From NCBI RefSeq assembly GCF_009914755.1, contig NC_060933.1: a stretch of DNA of 64,000 nucleotides, one strand, 5' to 3'. Numbering within the stretch: the stretch's first letter is position 1; each line of letters starts with the position of its first letter. Below are positions 14,859 through 30,079 of this stretch, in pieces. The notes under the pieces are model-generated. The model saw nothing but the letters and a program-made list of their open reading frames with translations. It made no database searches and was not told the DNA's origin. Source of the stretch: the human T2T-CHM13v2.0 reference genome, Homo sapiens. A program made the position numbers and the translations under genes.

Positions 14859-14974
14859 CCAATGATTATTCTTAAAACCTATGTTTGTATGACTCTCAGT
14901 GTACAAATGTACACTTATTTAAGTGTAAATTAATTAAATGTAATTAAATAAATTTTAAAATGTAAATTATCAAC

Positions 14975-15565
14975 AATTGTGGAAAGCAGTGTAGTGATTC
15001 CTCAAAGAACTAAAAACAGAACTACCATTCGACCCAGCAATCCCACTCCTGGGTATATACCCAAAGGACTGTAAATCGTTTTACCATAAAGACACATGCA
15101 TGTGTATGTTCATTGCAGCACTATTCACAAGAGCAAAGAATCAACCTAAATGCCCATCAGCAGTACTCTGGATAAAGAAAATGTGGTGTATACACACCAT
15201 GGAATGCTATGCAGCCATAAAAAAGAACGAGATCATGTTCTTTGCAGGAACATAGATGAAACTGGAGGCCACTAGCCTTAGCAAAATAATGAAGGAACAG
15301 AAAACCAAACACCACATGTTCTCACTTATGAGTGGGAGCTAAACAATAGGAACACATGGACATGTAGAGGGGAACAGCAAGTACTGGGGTTTACTTGAGG
15401 GTAGAGGAGGGGAGAAGGGAGAGGTTCAGGGAAAAAAAAATGTTGGGTACTGGGCTTAGTACCTGATTGACAAAGTAATCTGTACACCAAACCCCCAACT
15501 CAGGAGTTTACCTATATAACAAACCTGCACATGTACCCCTAAACCTAAAATAAAAGTTAAAATAT
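14975..15565 (+). mobile_element. L1 (older L1PA/L1PB) ORF2 end plus 3' UTR
   Basis: gaactaccattcgacccagcaatcccact...atgttctcactta...aacaaacctgcacatgtaccc...aaataaaagtt. Confidence 0.92.
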
Positions 15566-16424
15566 TTTTTAAAAAGTGGTTTCCCATATAATATCTTATG
15601 AAATCATCATAATAACCCTGCAAATTCAGTATTAGATCCCTACCTGAAGGATGAGGAAGCAGAGGCTCAGAGTCCTCTCAGTTATTTGTTCTTTTTAGCT
15701 ACCCAGTAGTAAGTATCAGAGCAAGCTTTATTTCTACCGTACTCCACCACCTCTTTAAAATCCCTTTCCCACAGAGGAGGAGGACATAGGAAATGCTAAA
15801 GCTATGGAGCAAAAGCCACATATTGGGACTTGGGGACTCCCTGGTAAGGGATACGATAGTGCCTGTAAGTGGACATAACCAAACCATGTAAGAAGTGGGT
15901 ATTATGTTCATGGAGTATGAATCTAGCATATGGCAGAACCTACTGAGGCTGGTCAAAGTCATCTACTGCCAAGTTATAGGGAAATGAAAACCCATTAAAA
16001 TAGAATATGGAAGCATCACAAGGTGCTGTGAAGCTCAGGACATAAAAGATTTAGGAGCACATTGAGAATAAAAATATAATATGAAAAATCAATGACTAGG
16101 TACACAGTTGGTGCTGGAGTTTATTTTAAGGCCATAGCTTCAAATGTAGGAATGATGGCTATTTGGCTAAGAGTGGAGAGAATTTTTCAAAGACTGAAAA
16201 GAATGTGTTTAGTCAGAGACTAACTCATCTGGCCAGAAGGGCTGTAAATGGAAAACAGATGGGAAAGGAGAAAAAAACACCTAGATAAAACTGAAACGGG
16301 TTTCCATGGATGATATTAAGGAGGGCCTGGGAAGAATTTCAACAGTGAGGGAGGTGCCGCATAGTTCAATGAGAAAACAGCTGGGAAGGACATCAGAAAC
16401 AAAACATAGGCAGCAGATGTCCAG

Positions 16425-17260
16425 ATATCATGCACAGAACATGAGCAACGTGGTAACCTTGAGATTACAGCACAGGGTGACAAACAAGACCTCACAGATA
16501 CCACTGAGAGTTGGCGGGCTGGAACAGATCCATGGGAACATAGTGATAGAAGGGTGTGCTGTGTACAAAAGACCTGTTGAGAGGAGGAGAAGCTGCACTG
16601 TAGGCTGTGATAACAATAGATTGAGAGGAATCTCTGAACACTTGGATGAAGATGAAAGGACAGAGGAACACAAGTGACGTTTTTGTGGAAGCACAGCTGA
16701 GCCACATGGAGGAAAGCCACAAAATTGGCACAGTACCCACAATTAATGAGGATAAGATTCAGGATACTTCATTCAGATAAAAGCAGAGGTTTTCACTTGC
16801 CTCTCTAACAATTTTATGTCCTAGAAGGTAGAGGAAGGAATAAAAACAACTGTGCTCTGACTGATTCCAATCCTTAGGAAGAAGCCACCTGGCAAAGTGG
16901 AAAGGATGAGAACTAGAGAATGTGCCTGTCATCTTCAGGGGAGAGCCTGATGGAGCTAGAACAAAGGTGGATACAGGACTTCAGGAAGTTAGACTCCAAA
17001 ATATTTTAAGAAAATATGGCGGCCAGGCGTGGTGGCTCACGCCTGTAATCCTAGTACTTTGGGAGGCTGAGGCGGGCGGATCACAAAGTCAGGAGATCGA
17101 GACCATCCTGACTAACATGGTGAAACCCTGTCTCTACTAAAAAAAAGAAAAAGAAAAAGAAAATATGGCATAATTCCACAAGTTTCTAGAAAAGGAAACA
17201 GTATCAACAAGCACTCAAAAGCATGGCTTTGGATAATTCCAATGAGAAGACAAGAGAGAA
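16425..17260 (+). mobile_element. CR1/L3 LINE ORF2 remnant (endonuclease region)
   Basis: Frameshifted peptides NLEITAQGDKQDLTDTTESWR, HGNIVIEGCAVYKR and DFRKLDSK resemble CR1 ORF2 motifs DLIGITETWW, WNVVIEGY.LF.R and LDFRKADF. Confidence 0.65.
17021..17156 (+). mobile_element. Left-monomer-only AluY/Sc with intact TSD
   Basis: caggagatcgagaccatcctg diagnostic; TSD aagaaaatatggc (17008-17020 / 17157-17169). Confidence 0.92.
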
Positions 17261-18628
17261 GGGGAGACTCTCAAAGAAACTAGTGATGGCAGAGCCCTTT
17301 AAGCAAGGACGTAGAATGGATGTTCAAAAAGATGGAGGTAGGTGATCACTGCATGAGAGTGGCAAAGAACAACAGAAATAGTAGCAGGGATGTTAATATC
17401 CTGGAAGGATCAAAGCATGCAAAAATGGGAAGGACCAGAGAGAGTGTTATGGGGCCAATGGGATTACAATAATGGATGGTAGAAAGTATGCACTATTTCT
17501 CAAATGATGTCACATTCTTTTAGGCCCTGTCGAGGACCGTGATTGTAGGACTGAAAAGGTTGTACAAAAGTGAATACGTGTATGTTGAAATTCAAGTTTG
17601 GGGAAATGTTACTGATCCTTTTTGAAATCTAATCTAGGATCAAAGTTTCTGGTCCACAGTCTGGGAATCAAAGAGTATACATTTGCTGATTTTCAAACGT
17701 TCTTATTCCTAAGTATTATGAATCGCATTTCAGCAAGTTGATCTTCAAATTCATCTTGCAGAAGCTTGGGAGTGAGCTTGGGAGTGTAATTCATTTGGGT
17801 GAGAAGAACTGATTCCATTTTTCGATCATCTGCATATTCTCTTTTATTATCAGAATTTTTCAACTGGATATGTCCAGCTGAAAGCTTAAAACTAGCTAAC
17901 TAGCTGCAGAAGGACAGTTTCCAAGGTCCTCAGCAGGATGCTGTGTGTATCTCTAGGTAAAGAAATGTTACTTAATTAAGGTATTCTATCTTTAAGAAAG
18001 CAAATTGCAATGTGTTGGAGTTTCTTAAGAACTTTTAGAGTGGCTCTTCATTAAAGAACTACTAAAAGTGCTTTTATAATGGTTATGGAATTTTCCTCTA
18101 ATTAGTACACCATTTCATAAAGTTCAAGAACAGGCAAAACTAATCTGTGAGGATAGAAACCATAATAGTGATTGCCAGGATAGTTGGGAGGGAGTGATAG
18201 AATGAAAAGGAACACTAGTGAACTTCCTAGGATAATGGCACACTCTATTTTTCTATTGGGGTATGGGTTATATGGGTATATGCATTGGTCAAATCTCATT
18301 ATTGTATGTTAAACTGTCACTGTATGTCATTACACCTCTGTAAAAATACATACAAGTATATAAATCTGGGCAGTTATATGAAAAGAAAAAGAATAACTTT
18401 TCTCCTGTGACTTGACAGTAAATAAATGAAGTTAACATAAACAGTTAAGGAATCAGATAAAAAGCAGAATCTCCGAGTTTGAAATCAGCAGTGTTCCCTA
18501 AGTAGATTTGGGAAAGTGTAAGTCTTACCAACACCCTCAAGTTGTTAATTTTCTATTGGCAAGGTCTTCCGTATGGAGAAAGTGGTGCATTGCTACTTTC
18601 TATCCTGGTTCCACTGGCACTAGGTACC

Positions 18629-18815
18629 AGTGATTTCCAAACTTCCATGCACATAAATATCGCCTTGGATACTTGTTAAAAATGCAGACTCTGGGCCCAT
18701 ATCTGGAGATTCCTATACAGTAGCTTTGGCTGAGTGTCGAGGATTTGCATTTTAATGATCATCCTTGATGAGACTGATGTAGGTGGTCCATGGACCTACA
18801 CTTGGAGAAGCATTT
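18629..18815. mobile_element. MER5-type MITE
   Basis: cagtgatttccaaactt...cttgttaaaaatgcagactctgggccc...cacttggagaagca. Confidence 0.75.
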
Positions 18816-19220
18816 CATTAGACAATCAAATCATAAAACTACCACCTACTTGCTCTAATTTTAGGCTCTCCAGACAACCTTCTGATAATAAAGCCTTTTT
18901 CCATGGCTTCATGGAGAAAATATGTTGCTTATATCACCCTGTATTCCAGCCCATGTGCTAGCATTCTTTCTCATTCTAAATAATAAATAGGCATTGGCTT
19001 TGTATCCCAGTCTGAGGAGCTTGCTAAATATTGGTTTGCCCCGATAGACGGATGTGCTTACTATGTGATACTGAAAAATCATGCCTCTGGGCTTGCAAGA
19101 GACAAAAATATGATTTGTGCTAAATTTACAGAGATAAAGAATATTTCCAAAATAGGATCTCTTTTTAAAAACTCTGTGCCTAACATCATAATGACTATTA
19201 TATTCTTTTTAAAGTAATTG

Positions 19221-19325
19221 GACTTAACAATAAACATGTATATATAAATATAACATTTGACTTAACAATAAACATGTATATATAAATATAATGTTTGACT
19301 TAACAATAAACATGTATATATAAAT
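19221..19325. repeat. 38-bp minisatellite, ~2.8 copies
   Basis: gacttaacaataaacatgtatatataaat at 19221, 19259 and 19297. Confidence 0.95.
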
Positions 19326-19791
19326 CTGTTTTCATTTTAAAGAAATCAAATGAATCTTTTAATAATGTATATTGTGGTTCATTTTTATGATTCAAAATAA
19401 ATGTTTATTATTGAAATTTGGGGAAAATGGAAATGTATTTTTTAAAAATCACCTGTTCTACTACCCTGAGCTAACCATGGTTAACATTTTAACTTTTTTT
19501 CCTTCAAGTCATTTTTCTATGTCTTTATGTACATGTATTTATTGTAGTGGTGGTGGCAGCGGTGGTTTATTACTTTACAAACCTGGGATTATGCTTAATA
19601 AGTATAATTTCCTAACATGATATAATTGTATCACATCTTAACATGATTTGCTCTCCTCTGATCTAATTTTATTTTTCTTCTTAGGGCACTTATCACAAAA
19701 GTGATATATTTGTTTGCTTATTTATTTTTTGTCCTTTCCTGCAGGTGTGATCCAGAGAACATGCCTTTCACTGTGAAAACCAGCACCTTCA

Positions 19792-20134
<343 letters not shown>

Positions 20135-20747
20135 TCACCAAAACAGGTTTGCTAAATGAACAAATGAATGAATGGCATTTTATGTGTCAGTAAATATGCT
20201 TCAAAATCATGATGTATGATGAGTAAGCAACTCTATCAAATAAATATAACGTAATTTGCTGTGAGCACATAATTTGCTGTGTTCTAGTATTGAACAGTTG
20301 GACTATTTCCATATTTTAATTTTTACTATTATGTTTGAGGATGATATATAAATCTTATTTATAAAAAGAGTTCATATTTCTGAATATCTCCTTAGGATTA
20401 ATTCCTAGAAGTAGATTTATTATGTCAAAAACGATGACAGTTCTAAAGACCTTTTACACATATTGCCAAATAACTTTCCAGGAATACTGCCTATTTATAT
20501 GTCTATAAGCAGCACAAGAAAATCTCCATCTCTTTGTATCTTTACTTACATTGAGTATTGCCACATTAATACAAATCCTGGCCAATTAAATAAGTCAAAA
20601 ACTGTATCCCTTTGATATTTGAACTGATTAGCAAGATAACAATAAAGAGTATTATCTTACTATGTTACATATGAAAGATTATTGCAATTAAAGTAGTTTT
20701 TGCTTTGTTTTTTAATAGATATATTATAGATATTGATGTTATTAAGC

Positions 20748-20998
20748 CTTTTTTTTTTTTTTTTGAGACAGAGTCTCCCTCTTGTCTCCCAGGCTGGAGT
20801 GCAATGGCTCAATCTCAGCTCACTGCAACCTCCGCCTCCCGAGTTCAAGCGATTCACTGGCTAATTTTTTATATTTTAGTAGAGACAGGGTTTCATCACC
20901 ATGTTGGCCAGGCTGGTCTGGAACTCCTGACCTCAGGTGATCCTCCTTCCTGGCCTCCCAAAGTGCTGAGATTATAGGTGTGAGCCACTGCACCCAGC
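20748..20998 (-). mobile_element. AluS with internal deletion
   Basis: The junction gcgattcactggctaatttt lacks ~50 nt of the right arm. Confidence 0.9.
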
Positions 20999-21459
20999 TT
21001 AAGTCTTTTAACTTTATAATTTATTCCTTATTTTGTGCTCAGAAAGCCATTGCCTATCTTGAGATAAGGTAAATACTCACCTCTACTTCTTGCTAGTTGT
21101 TTAAAGGTTTCATTTTTCACACGTAAGTCCCTCATCTGTTTGGAATGATTTTAGTCTATGGTATAGGATATAAATCCAACTGATTTTTTTTTCATTTAAT
21201 TAATGGTCCCAATATAATGTAACGAAGTAATCTTCCTTTTCTTTATTTGATTGTCACTTTCATCACATAATCTTTTTCAATATTCAATTTGTTCCATTTT
21301 GTCCCAGCATCACCTTGTTTGGCATTTTCCAACTTCATATGAAGGTTAAATATTTAATAAGGCATATTGCCTCAAATTATTTCCTTGTAAGTTCCATATG
21401 TGATAACTAATATGTTGTTATCACTCCTGTTGAGTTTGAATACTGGTGAAGTGGAATGC

Positions 21460-21607
21460 TTTTTTATTTTTTATTTTTTGTCTATTTATCTATTTGAGAT
21501 AGGATCTCGCTCTGTCACCTAGGCTGGAGTGAAATCGGACGATCATAGCTCACTGCAGCCTCGACCTCACCGACTTAAGCGATCTTCCAGTCTCAGCCTT
21601 GGAGTGC

Positions 21608-21638
<31 letters not shown>

Positions 21639-21920
21639 GAAGCGGAATCTCACTCTGTTGCCCAGGCTGCAGTGCATTGGCACGATCTTGGCTCACTGCA
21701 ACCTCCACCTCCTGGATTCAAGCGATTCTCCTGCCTCAGCCTCCTGAGTAGGTGGGACTACACGTGTGTGCCACCACTCCTGACTAATTTTTGTGTTTTT
21801 AGTAGAGATAGGGTTTCACCATGTTGGCCAGCCTGGTCTTGAACTCCTGACCTCAATTGATCCACCCGCCTCAGCCTCCCAAAGTGCTGGGATTATAGGC
21901 GTGAGCCACCGTACCCAGAC
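21460..21920 (-). mobile_element. Truncated AluJ (21460-21599) plus full AluS (21608-21920) in tandem
   Basis: Two antisense Alu bodies separated by ggagtgcttt. Confidence 0.9.
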
Positions 21921-22924
21921 GGAGTGCATTTCCAAATGTGTATTTATTGACCACTTGTATTTTTCATTTGTTTGTTGTCTGTCCATATAATTTGGCAAGT
22001 TTAGGGCACTCAATTTTTTTTACTGATTTGTAATCACACTCTATTAATTGAACATAGCACATGGTTTATCTTTGTCTTTATTTTAATTTTTCATAGCTGG
22101 AATATTTGACCCACCTATAACTGGCCGAATTTCTGCATTAGGAACTTGCTATTATTGGAGCATCCATTCTTTTCCCACTGATTTGAAATGTCACTTTTAT
22201 CGCCTTGTGTTTATAACTCTAAGATCAGGCTGCTGCCATTCATACACCACAAACCTCTTTACCACGGTTTTCTATAAGGTTGTGAGTGAACTGGAACAGT
22301 GGCCTTTAACACATGGTAAATGGCATATAAGTGATAGCTTTTATTATTGCACTGGCTAAAAGATCTCTCCCTTTGTGGTTTTGTTTGTTTCCACTTCCCC
22401 CTTTATTTGGTGAGAACAACAAGCTCAGTAAGGCTCAACCTTTGCTCTTTGAATCGGTTCAGTTACTCACCTCCCTAGAGGCAGTTTAGAAACTCCCTCG
22501 AGCAGAATAAATGAAGCTCTCCTAATTCTTTGTTTTGATGTTTCTGCCCACACCCACACTCCTGACACTGTCAAATATTCCAGCCTCTGACTTTGGGATC
22601 CTAAGAGATGCTGTGGGATTTAACTGCGGAGGTGACACATTCAATGTATAATGGTAACCTGAAGGGGCACTGATCCCACTGAACTCCTTAGCTCCCAGCT
22701 TAGGAACTGACTGTGGCAAATTTCAGTTAGCAAGTACATCTAGCACAGTGAAGGCTAGCAATTTCTGAAGTCCTTCAGTTCACTTCCCAGCCCCTAGTTC
22801 TGTGAATTGCCTCAGGGCTGGCTCCTAACAGCTGTGCCTGGGCTCTGAGCTTGGAATTTTCTTCTTTGAACTCATACAGAAAAATTTACGTGTTTTCTTT
22901 TTTTTCTGTCAATCTATTTCCAGA

Positions 22925-23458
22925 TGCTTTATAGCTTTCAGAACTATAGCTGAGTACAATCTACCAAAAACGTAGTGGTTTAAAACAACAATTTATTATT
23001 ATCTTATGAGCCTCTGTGTTGACTGAGTTTAGCTGAGCTGTTCTTCTGGTCTCACTTCTGGTCTCTCATGCAGTCATAGATAGCAGCTAGGACGGCAGTC
23101 CTCTGGAGGCTGTGCTGCATGGAGACATCCAAGATGACTTCTCTCACATGTCTAGCAACTTGATGCTTCTCCACATGGCCTGTCTCCTCATCCTTAGGGG
23201 TATCTCATCCTCCAGGGTTTCTACACATGACCACTTTCTACAGCGTGGTAGCTGGATGCATACATTATGGTCCGCTTTCATGAGTGCAAAAAAGGAAGGT
23301 GCCAGGACTTTTAAAGGCTTAAATCCAAAATGCTACAGCATCACTGTCACTGCATTTTATTGATTAAAGTCCACCTGCAATATGGGAGGAGACTACACAG
23401 AGGAATAAGTACCAACAAGCGTGGTTCACTGGGATCATTTTTGTATAACTATCACATC
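22925..23458 (-). mobile_element. Old MLT1-family LTR
   Basis: gtggtttaaaacaacaatttattatt...tctctcacatgtctagc...cacttgggatcatt-like end. Confidence 0.6.
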
Positions 23459-24436
23459 ACTTTGTTTTGGTTTCCAAAGCTGTTGTGTTTTGGGACGTTT
23501 TTTGAAATTACTTCAAAAAGATTTAGAGGAGAAAAAAATGAACTCAGTTTTAATTCACCATCTTAAAGTGGGAATCCAGTATTTGTTTTGAAAATGGCTG
23601 TAGAAATTATTTTTTGGTATTTGTGTTATTCTCTTTTTACTATGTGCATTGTGTAATACAACATATACAATAATCTCATTTTCTAATCCTGTCAACATCA
23701 CTTAATTGAAAAAATATGGTTTTCTTTGAAAATAAAATCTCTCAGAATAAGAATATATTCAATTCTTTAATTCAATAAACATTTAAAAAAATCCCTTATA
23801 TGCTGGGTCCTATAATCAAGGTACAGAGTGACTAATATTTTCAATTTGATTCAATGATCAGTAATCATAAAGCATTCTTTTTTTTAAAAGTACATTAAGC
23901 TCTTATTAAATTTATGGAACTATAGGGGTATAAAGGATTTTAAGGCAGTGTTGTCCTCAGGGAGCCTTAAAATAGGAATAGTTATTAAATGTAATAAAAA
24001 TGAACATGTTGTGCACACACAAAAGACATTCTTGGGCCCTTATCTAACACCACATACAAAAATTAATTCAATATGGATCAAAGACCTAAAGATCTAAAAC
24101 TAAAAAACTTTTAGACAAAAACATAGCATAAAGATTCATGACATTGGCTTTGACAATGATTTCTCAGATATGAACAAAAACCACAGACAACAAAGAAAAA
24201 AAATAAATTGGACTTCAAAATTTTTGAAATTTGGACATCAAAGGACACTGTCACCAGAGTAAAAAAGCAACTCAAAGAATGGACTAAAGTATTTGAAAAA
24301 TCACATATCTGATAAGGGAGTAATATTCAAAATATAGGAAGTTGTAAAACTCAACAACAAAAAAATAAACAATTTAAAAATGAGCTAAGGACTTGAATAG
24401 ATATTTCTCCAAAGAAAATGTACAAATAACCAATAA

Positions 24437-24801
<365 letters not shown>

Positions 24802-25094
24802 AAATAGAAAACAAGTGTTAGTGAGAATGTGGAGAAATCAGGACCTTTATGCGTTGACGGTGAGAATGTAAAATGGTATAGCCACTATGGAAAACAGTAT
24901 GGCAGTTGCTCAAAAAATTAAACATAGAATTATTATTTGATCTAGCAATTCTACTTCTGGGTATATACACAAAAAGATTAAAAGTAAAGATTTCAATAGA
25001 TATTTGTAGATCCATGTTTACAGCATTGTTATAATCATCATCATTATCATCATCATTGCTACTTATGAGACTAAAGAATCTGGTGATTTCGGGG

Positions 25095-25243
25095 GTTTTT
25101 TGTTTGTTTTTTGTTTTTTTCTTCTAAATACAGGGTCTCACTATGTTGCCCAGGCTGGATTCAAACTCCCAGGCTCGAGCAATCTTCCTGCCTCAGCCAC
25201 ACAGGTAGCTAGGACTACAGGCATGCCCTCACTGCTCCTGGCC
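25095..25243 (-). mobile_element. FLAM/AluJ monomer
   Basis: cagggtctcactatgttgcccaggctgg...gctaggactacaggcatg. Confidence 0.8.
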
Positions 25244-26387
25244 ACAACAGCATTACTCACAGCCAAAAGGTGGAAATAACTCAAATGTTCATGAACAGAT
25301 AAATAGATAAATAAAATCTGGCATATTCTCACAGTGGAATATTACTCAATCTTAAAAGGAATGAAATTCTGATACATGCTACAACATGGATGAAACTTGA
25401 AGACATGCTAAATGAAATAAGCCAGACACAAAAAGACAAATATTATATGACTCCATTTCTATGAGGTACCTAAAGTAGTCAAATTCAAAGAAAGTAGTAC
25501 AGTGTTTACCAGGGCTGGGGAGAGGGAGAAATGGGGAGCTATCATTTACTGGGTAAGTACATTCACACTTACGTGCAACCAACGCCATGTGAATCTCCAG
25601 AACTTTTCCTTCCGAAAAAGTTTGTTCCTTCTTCAGAAAAAATTCTGGAGATTCATATGGGTGTTGGTTGCATGTAAGTGGGAATGTACTTAATTCCACT
25701 GAACTGCACATTTTTTAATGATTGAAATGGTAAATTTAATGTAATTTATATTTTGCTACAATAAAAATACATAAGTGTATGTATTCACACATAAGAGTCA
25801 ATGTACTTAAGTCCACTGAACTGTACATTTTTAATTGATTGAAATGGTAAATTTAATGTAATTTATATTTTACTACGATAAAAAATAATTTTTAATGAAC
25901 ACAGAAAATAGTGATAAATACTATAAAATGAGGACAAATAATCTTTTCCAGAGTTTTCTTCAGACAGCCTGTCTAAAATTTCAATTCTATTCCCACCCTG
26001 ATACTTCTTATCTTCTATGTCAGCTTTATTTTTTCCTTATGGTTTATTACTATCTAATATTCTATAAATGTAACTTTATTTTTAGTGTTTGCTTTCCTCC
26101 TTAGAATGTAAGCTCCAAAAAGGTAGAAACTTTTGCCTAGTTTGTTAATTGCCTTAAGTGAATAGAACACATGGTAAATGCTCAATAAATATTTTTGATT
26201 GAGTGGATAAAATGCCAAAGGAAATGAGAGGAAGGAAAAATGACTTCCTGAGCAATTGAAGGAAATCTTTAATGACAATGTAGATTTAGCATTGCCATTT
26301 TGTTCATTGTGTTCTAGTTGTTCGGCAGAATCATTGCCCCTTTCTTCCTCTCTTGCTGGCTTTTTAAAAATAATTTAATAACTTTTT

Positions 26388-27360
<973 letters not shown>

Positions 27361-27934
27361 GGATGCATAGAATTTGAATTATTGAGAGGCAAGAGTTATC
27401 TGCCCATCAGAGAGGCAAAAAAGAAAATTATAGAACCTATTAAGTATTGGCTGGGGTAGGGGAAACTGCTACTTCCAAATAGTGTTGCTAGAAGTGTACA
27501 TTAATGCAGCAATTTGGATGAAATTTTAGTAGAATATATTAAGTTTAAAATATACATTCTCTATGACCTAGATAGCTCAATTTTTTGTGCCTGTCATGGA
27601 GAAATTTTTAGACATATGCAGAGAGGAAGAAAACTGAGGCACAAAAAGATTAACTAACTTGATAAGGGTTATTTCATAATTGACATGAGGGTTAAAAGTT
27701 AATCTGTAAGACATTTAGAAGAGGCCTTGGCACATAATAAGTACTATATAAGCATTTGCTCCCATTTTTATTAGTTAATTGTACTTTATTAATAAATTTT
27801 CTGTGTAGTTTTTCTGCTTTGCTTAGTTGGCTCTTAACGCTTTCATTTTCAAGCTGTAGTTTTGTATATTAAAGATGTTAAATTTGTCATATGTTGAAAA
27901 TAGTTTTCAGTTGCATGTTTTTTTTATTTTATAG

Positions 27935-28244
<310 letters not shown>

Positions 28245-28414
28245 TCTTTATGTTTTATTACATAATGAGATATTAAAACTTTTATGAAGTCAATTCCATT
28301 GTGAATATTTTTTAAACTAGAATATTTGCTGCCAGTCAGAAATTTTGCAAATATTTGCTTATTTCTTCTGTTTTCATAGTCTGACTTTTTACATTTACTA
28401 ATTCGTCTGGAATA

Positions 28415-28625
28415 TTTATTTATTTACTTTTAAATAGAGGGTCTCGCTCTGTTGCCCAGGAGAAAGTGGAGTGGTACAATCTTGACTCACTGCAGCCTTG
28501 ACCTCCTGGGCTCAGGTGATCCTCCCACCTTAGCCTTCCGGGTGGCTGGGACTATAGGCACACACCACCACACCTGGCTTATTTTTTGTGGAGACGGAGT
28601 TTCACAATATTGCCCAGGCTGGTCA
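28415..28625 (-). mobile_element. Truncated AluJ
   Basis: cctcctgggctcaggtgatcctccc. Confidence 0.85.
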
Positions 28626-28662
28626 TCCATCTGGAATTTATGTAAGTGTACATCAATAGGTT

Positions 28663-29109
28663 TTTATTAGTTTCCTAAGGATGTCACACCAAATTACCAC
28701 AAACTGGGTGGATTAAAACAAAAGAAATTTATTGAGTTCCAATTCTGGAGATTAGAAGTCTGAATTCAATTGCCAGCAAGGCCATTGGTCTCTCTGAGGA
28801 ACGATTCTTCCTTACCTCTTTCTGACTTCTGGTAGTTGCTAATAATTCTTAATGTTCCCTTGGGTTGTAGCAATATCACTCCAATCTCTGCCTTCATCAT
28901 CATATGGCATGCTTCTTTGTGTCTGTTTCCAAATTTCTGTCCTTATAAGGATACAAGTTATTGGATTCAGGCCCACCCTAATCCAGTATGACAGCATCTT
29001 AATTTGATAATATCTTTAAGACTCTATTTCCAAATAAAGTCATATTCACCGGTACCAAGGATTAGAATTTGAGCACATCTTTTGGGAGGACACGATTCAA
29101 CCCACAACA
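28663..29109 (-). mobile_element. MLT1B/C-like LTR
   Basis: tattagttttcctaagg...aaattaccacaaactgggtgg...gacacgattcaacccacaaca. Confidence 0.85.
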
Positions 29110-29644
29110 CCTTTTAAATACCCAACAAATTATTCCAGCCCTGACACTTTTCCCTATTAAAGATTGTTAACTAATGTTTTATTGTGCCATTAGATCACAT
29201 ATTAAATGAATATATACTAGTGTCTCTTTCAGGCTTTTGTTTTTGACTTTGTGATCTATCTGTCCATTCTTGTACCACTATGAGAGGGAGATATATCTTT
29301 AAGTGGTTTTTAATAATTTTGACAAGTAGTTGAATGTGAAGATTTAAAAATGTCATATGATGCAACAACACAACTCAATTATTTCCCTCTGCCAAAAATC
29401 TGTACTCTGACCAGCAGTCTTCTTTGTTTCTGACTTCCTTAGAGCCACTGGTTTTGTCATGAAAGTTATGTAGAAGATTTAGAGACACAATTTTTGCTAT
29501 GATTAGGAGCATGTCCCATTCACAGACCCCCTATGTTTTTGGTTTTATTTTTAACTAAGTTACCATGTGGGCTACATTGGAACTTCAGTGAGGAAACAAA
29601 GAAAGAATGAGACCGGCTGGAAATACAATGGGAACAAGAAACTA

Positions 29645-30037
<393 letters not shown>

Positions 30038-30079
30038 CTAAACGTTAAACACTTCAGGTCCTGGGGCTCTCCTTAATTA

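Noticed and set aside
19221-19325. CRISPR-like periodic repeat
   Set aside because: Mammalian DNA; units are simple tandem copies without unique spacers, and there are no cas genes
21399-21426. Short hairpin gtgataac...gttatcac as a possible snoRNA or miRNA
   Set aside because: Only an 8-bp stem; no convincing C/D or H/ACA boxes
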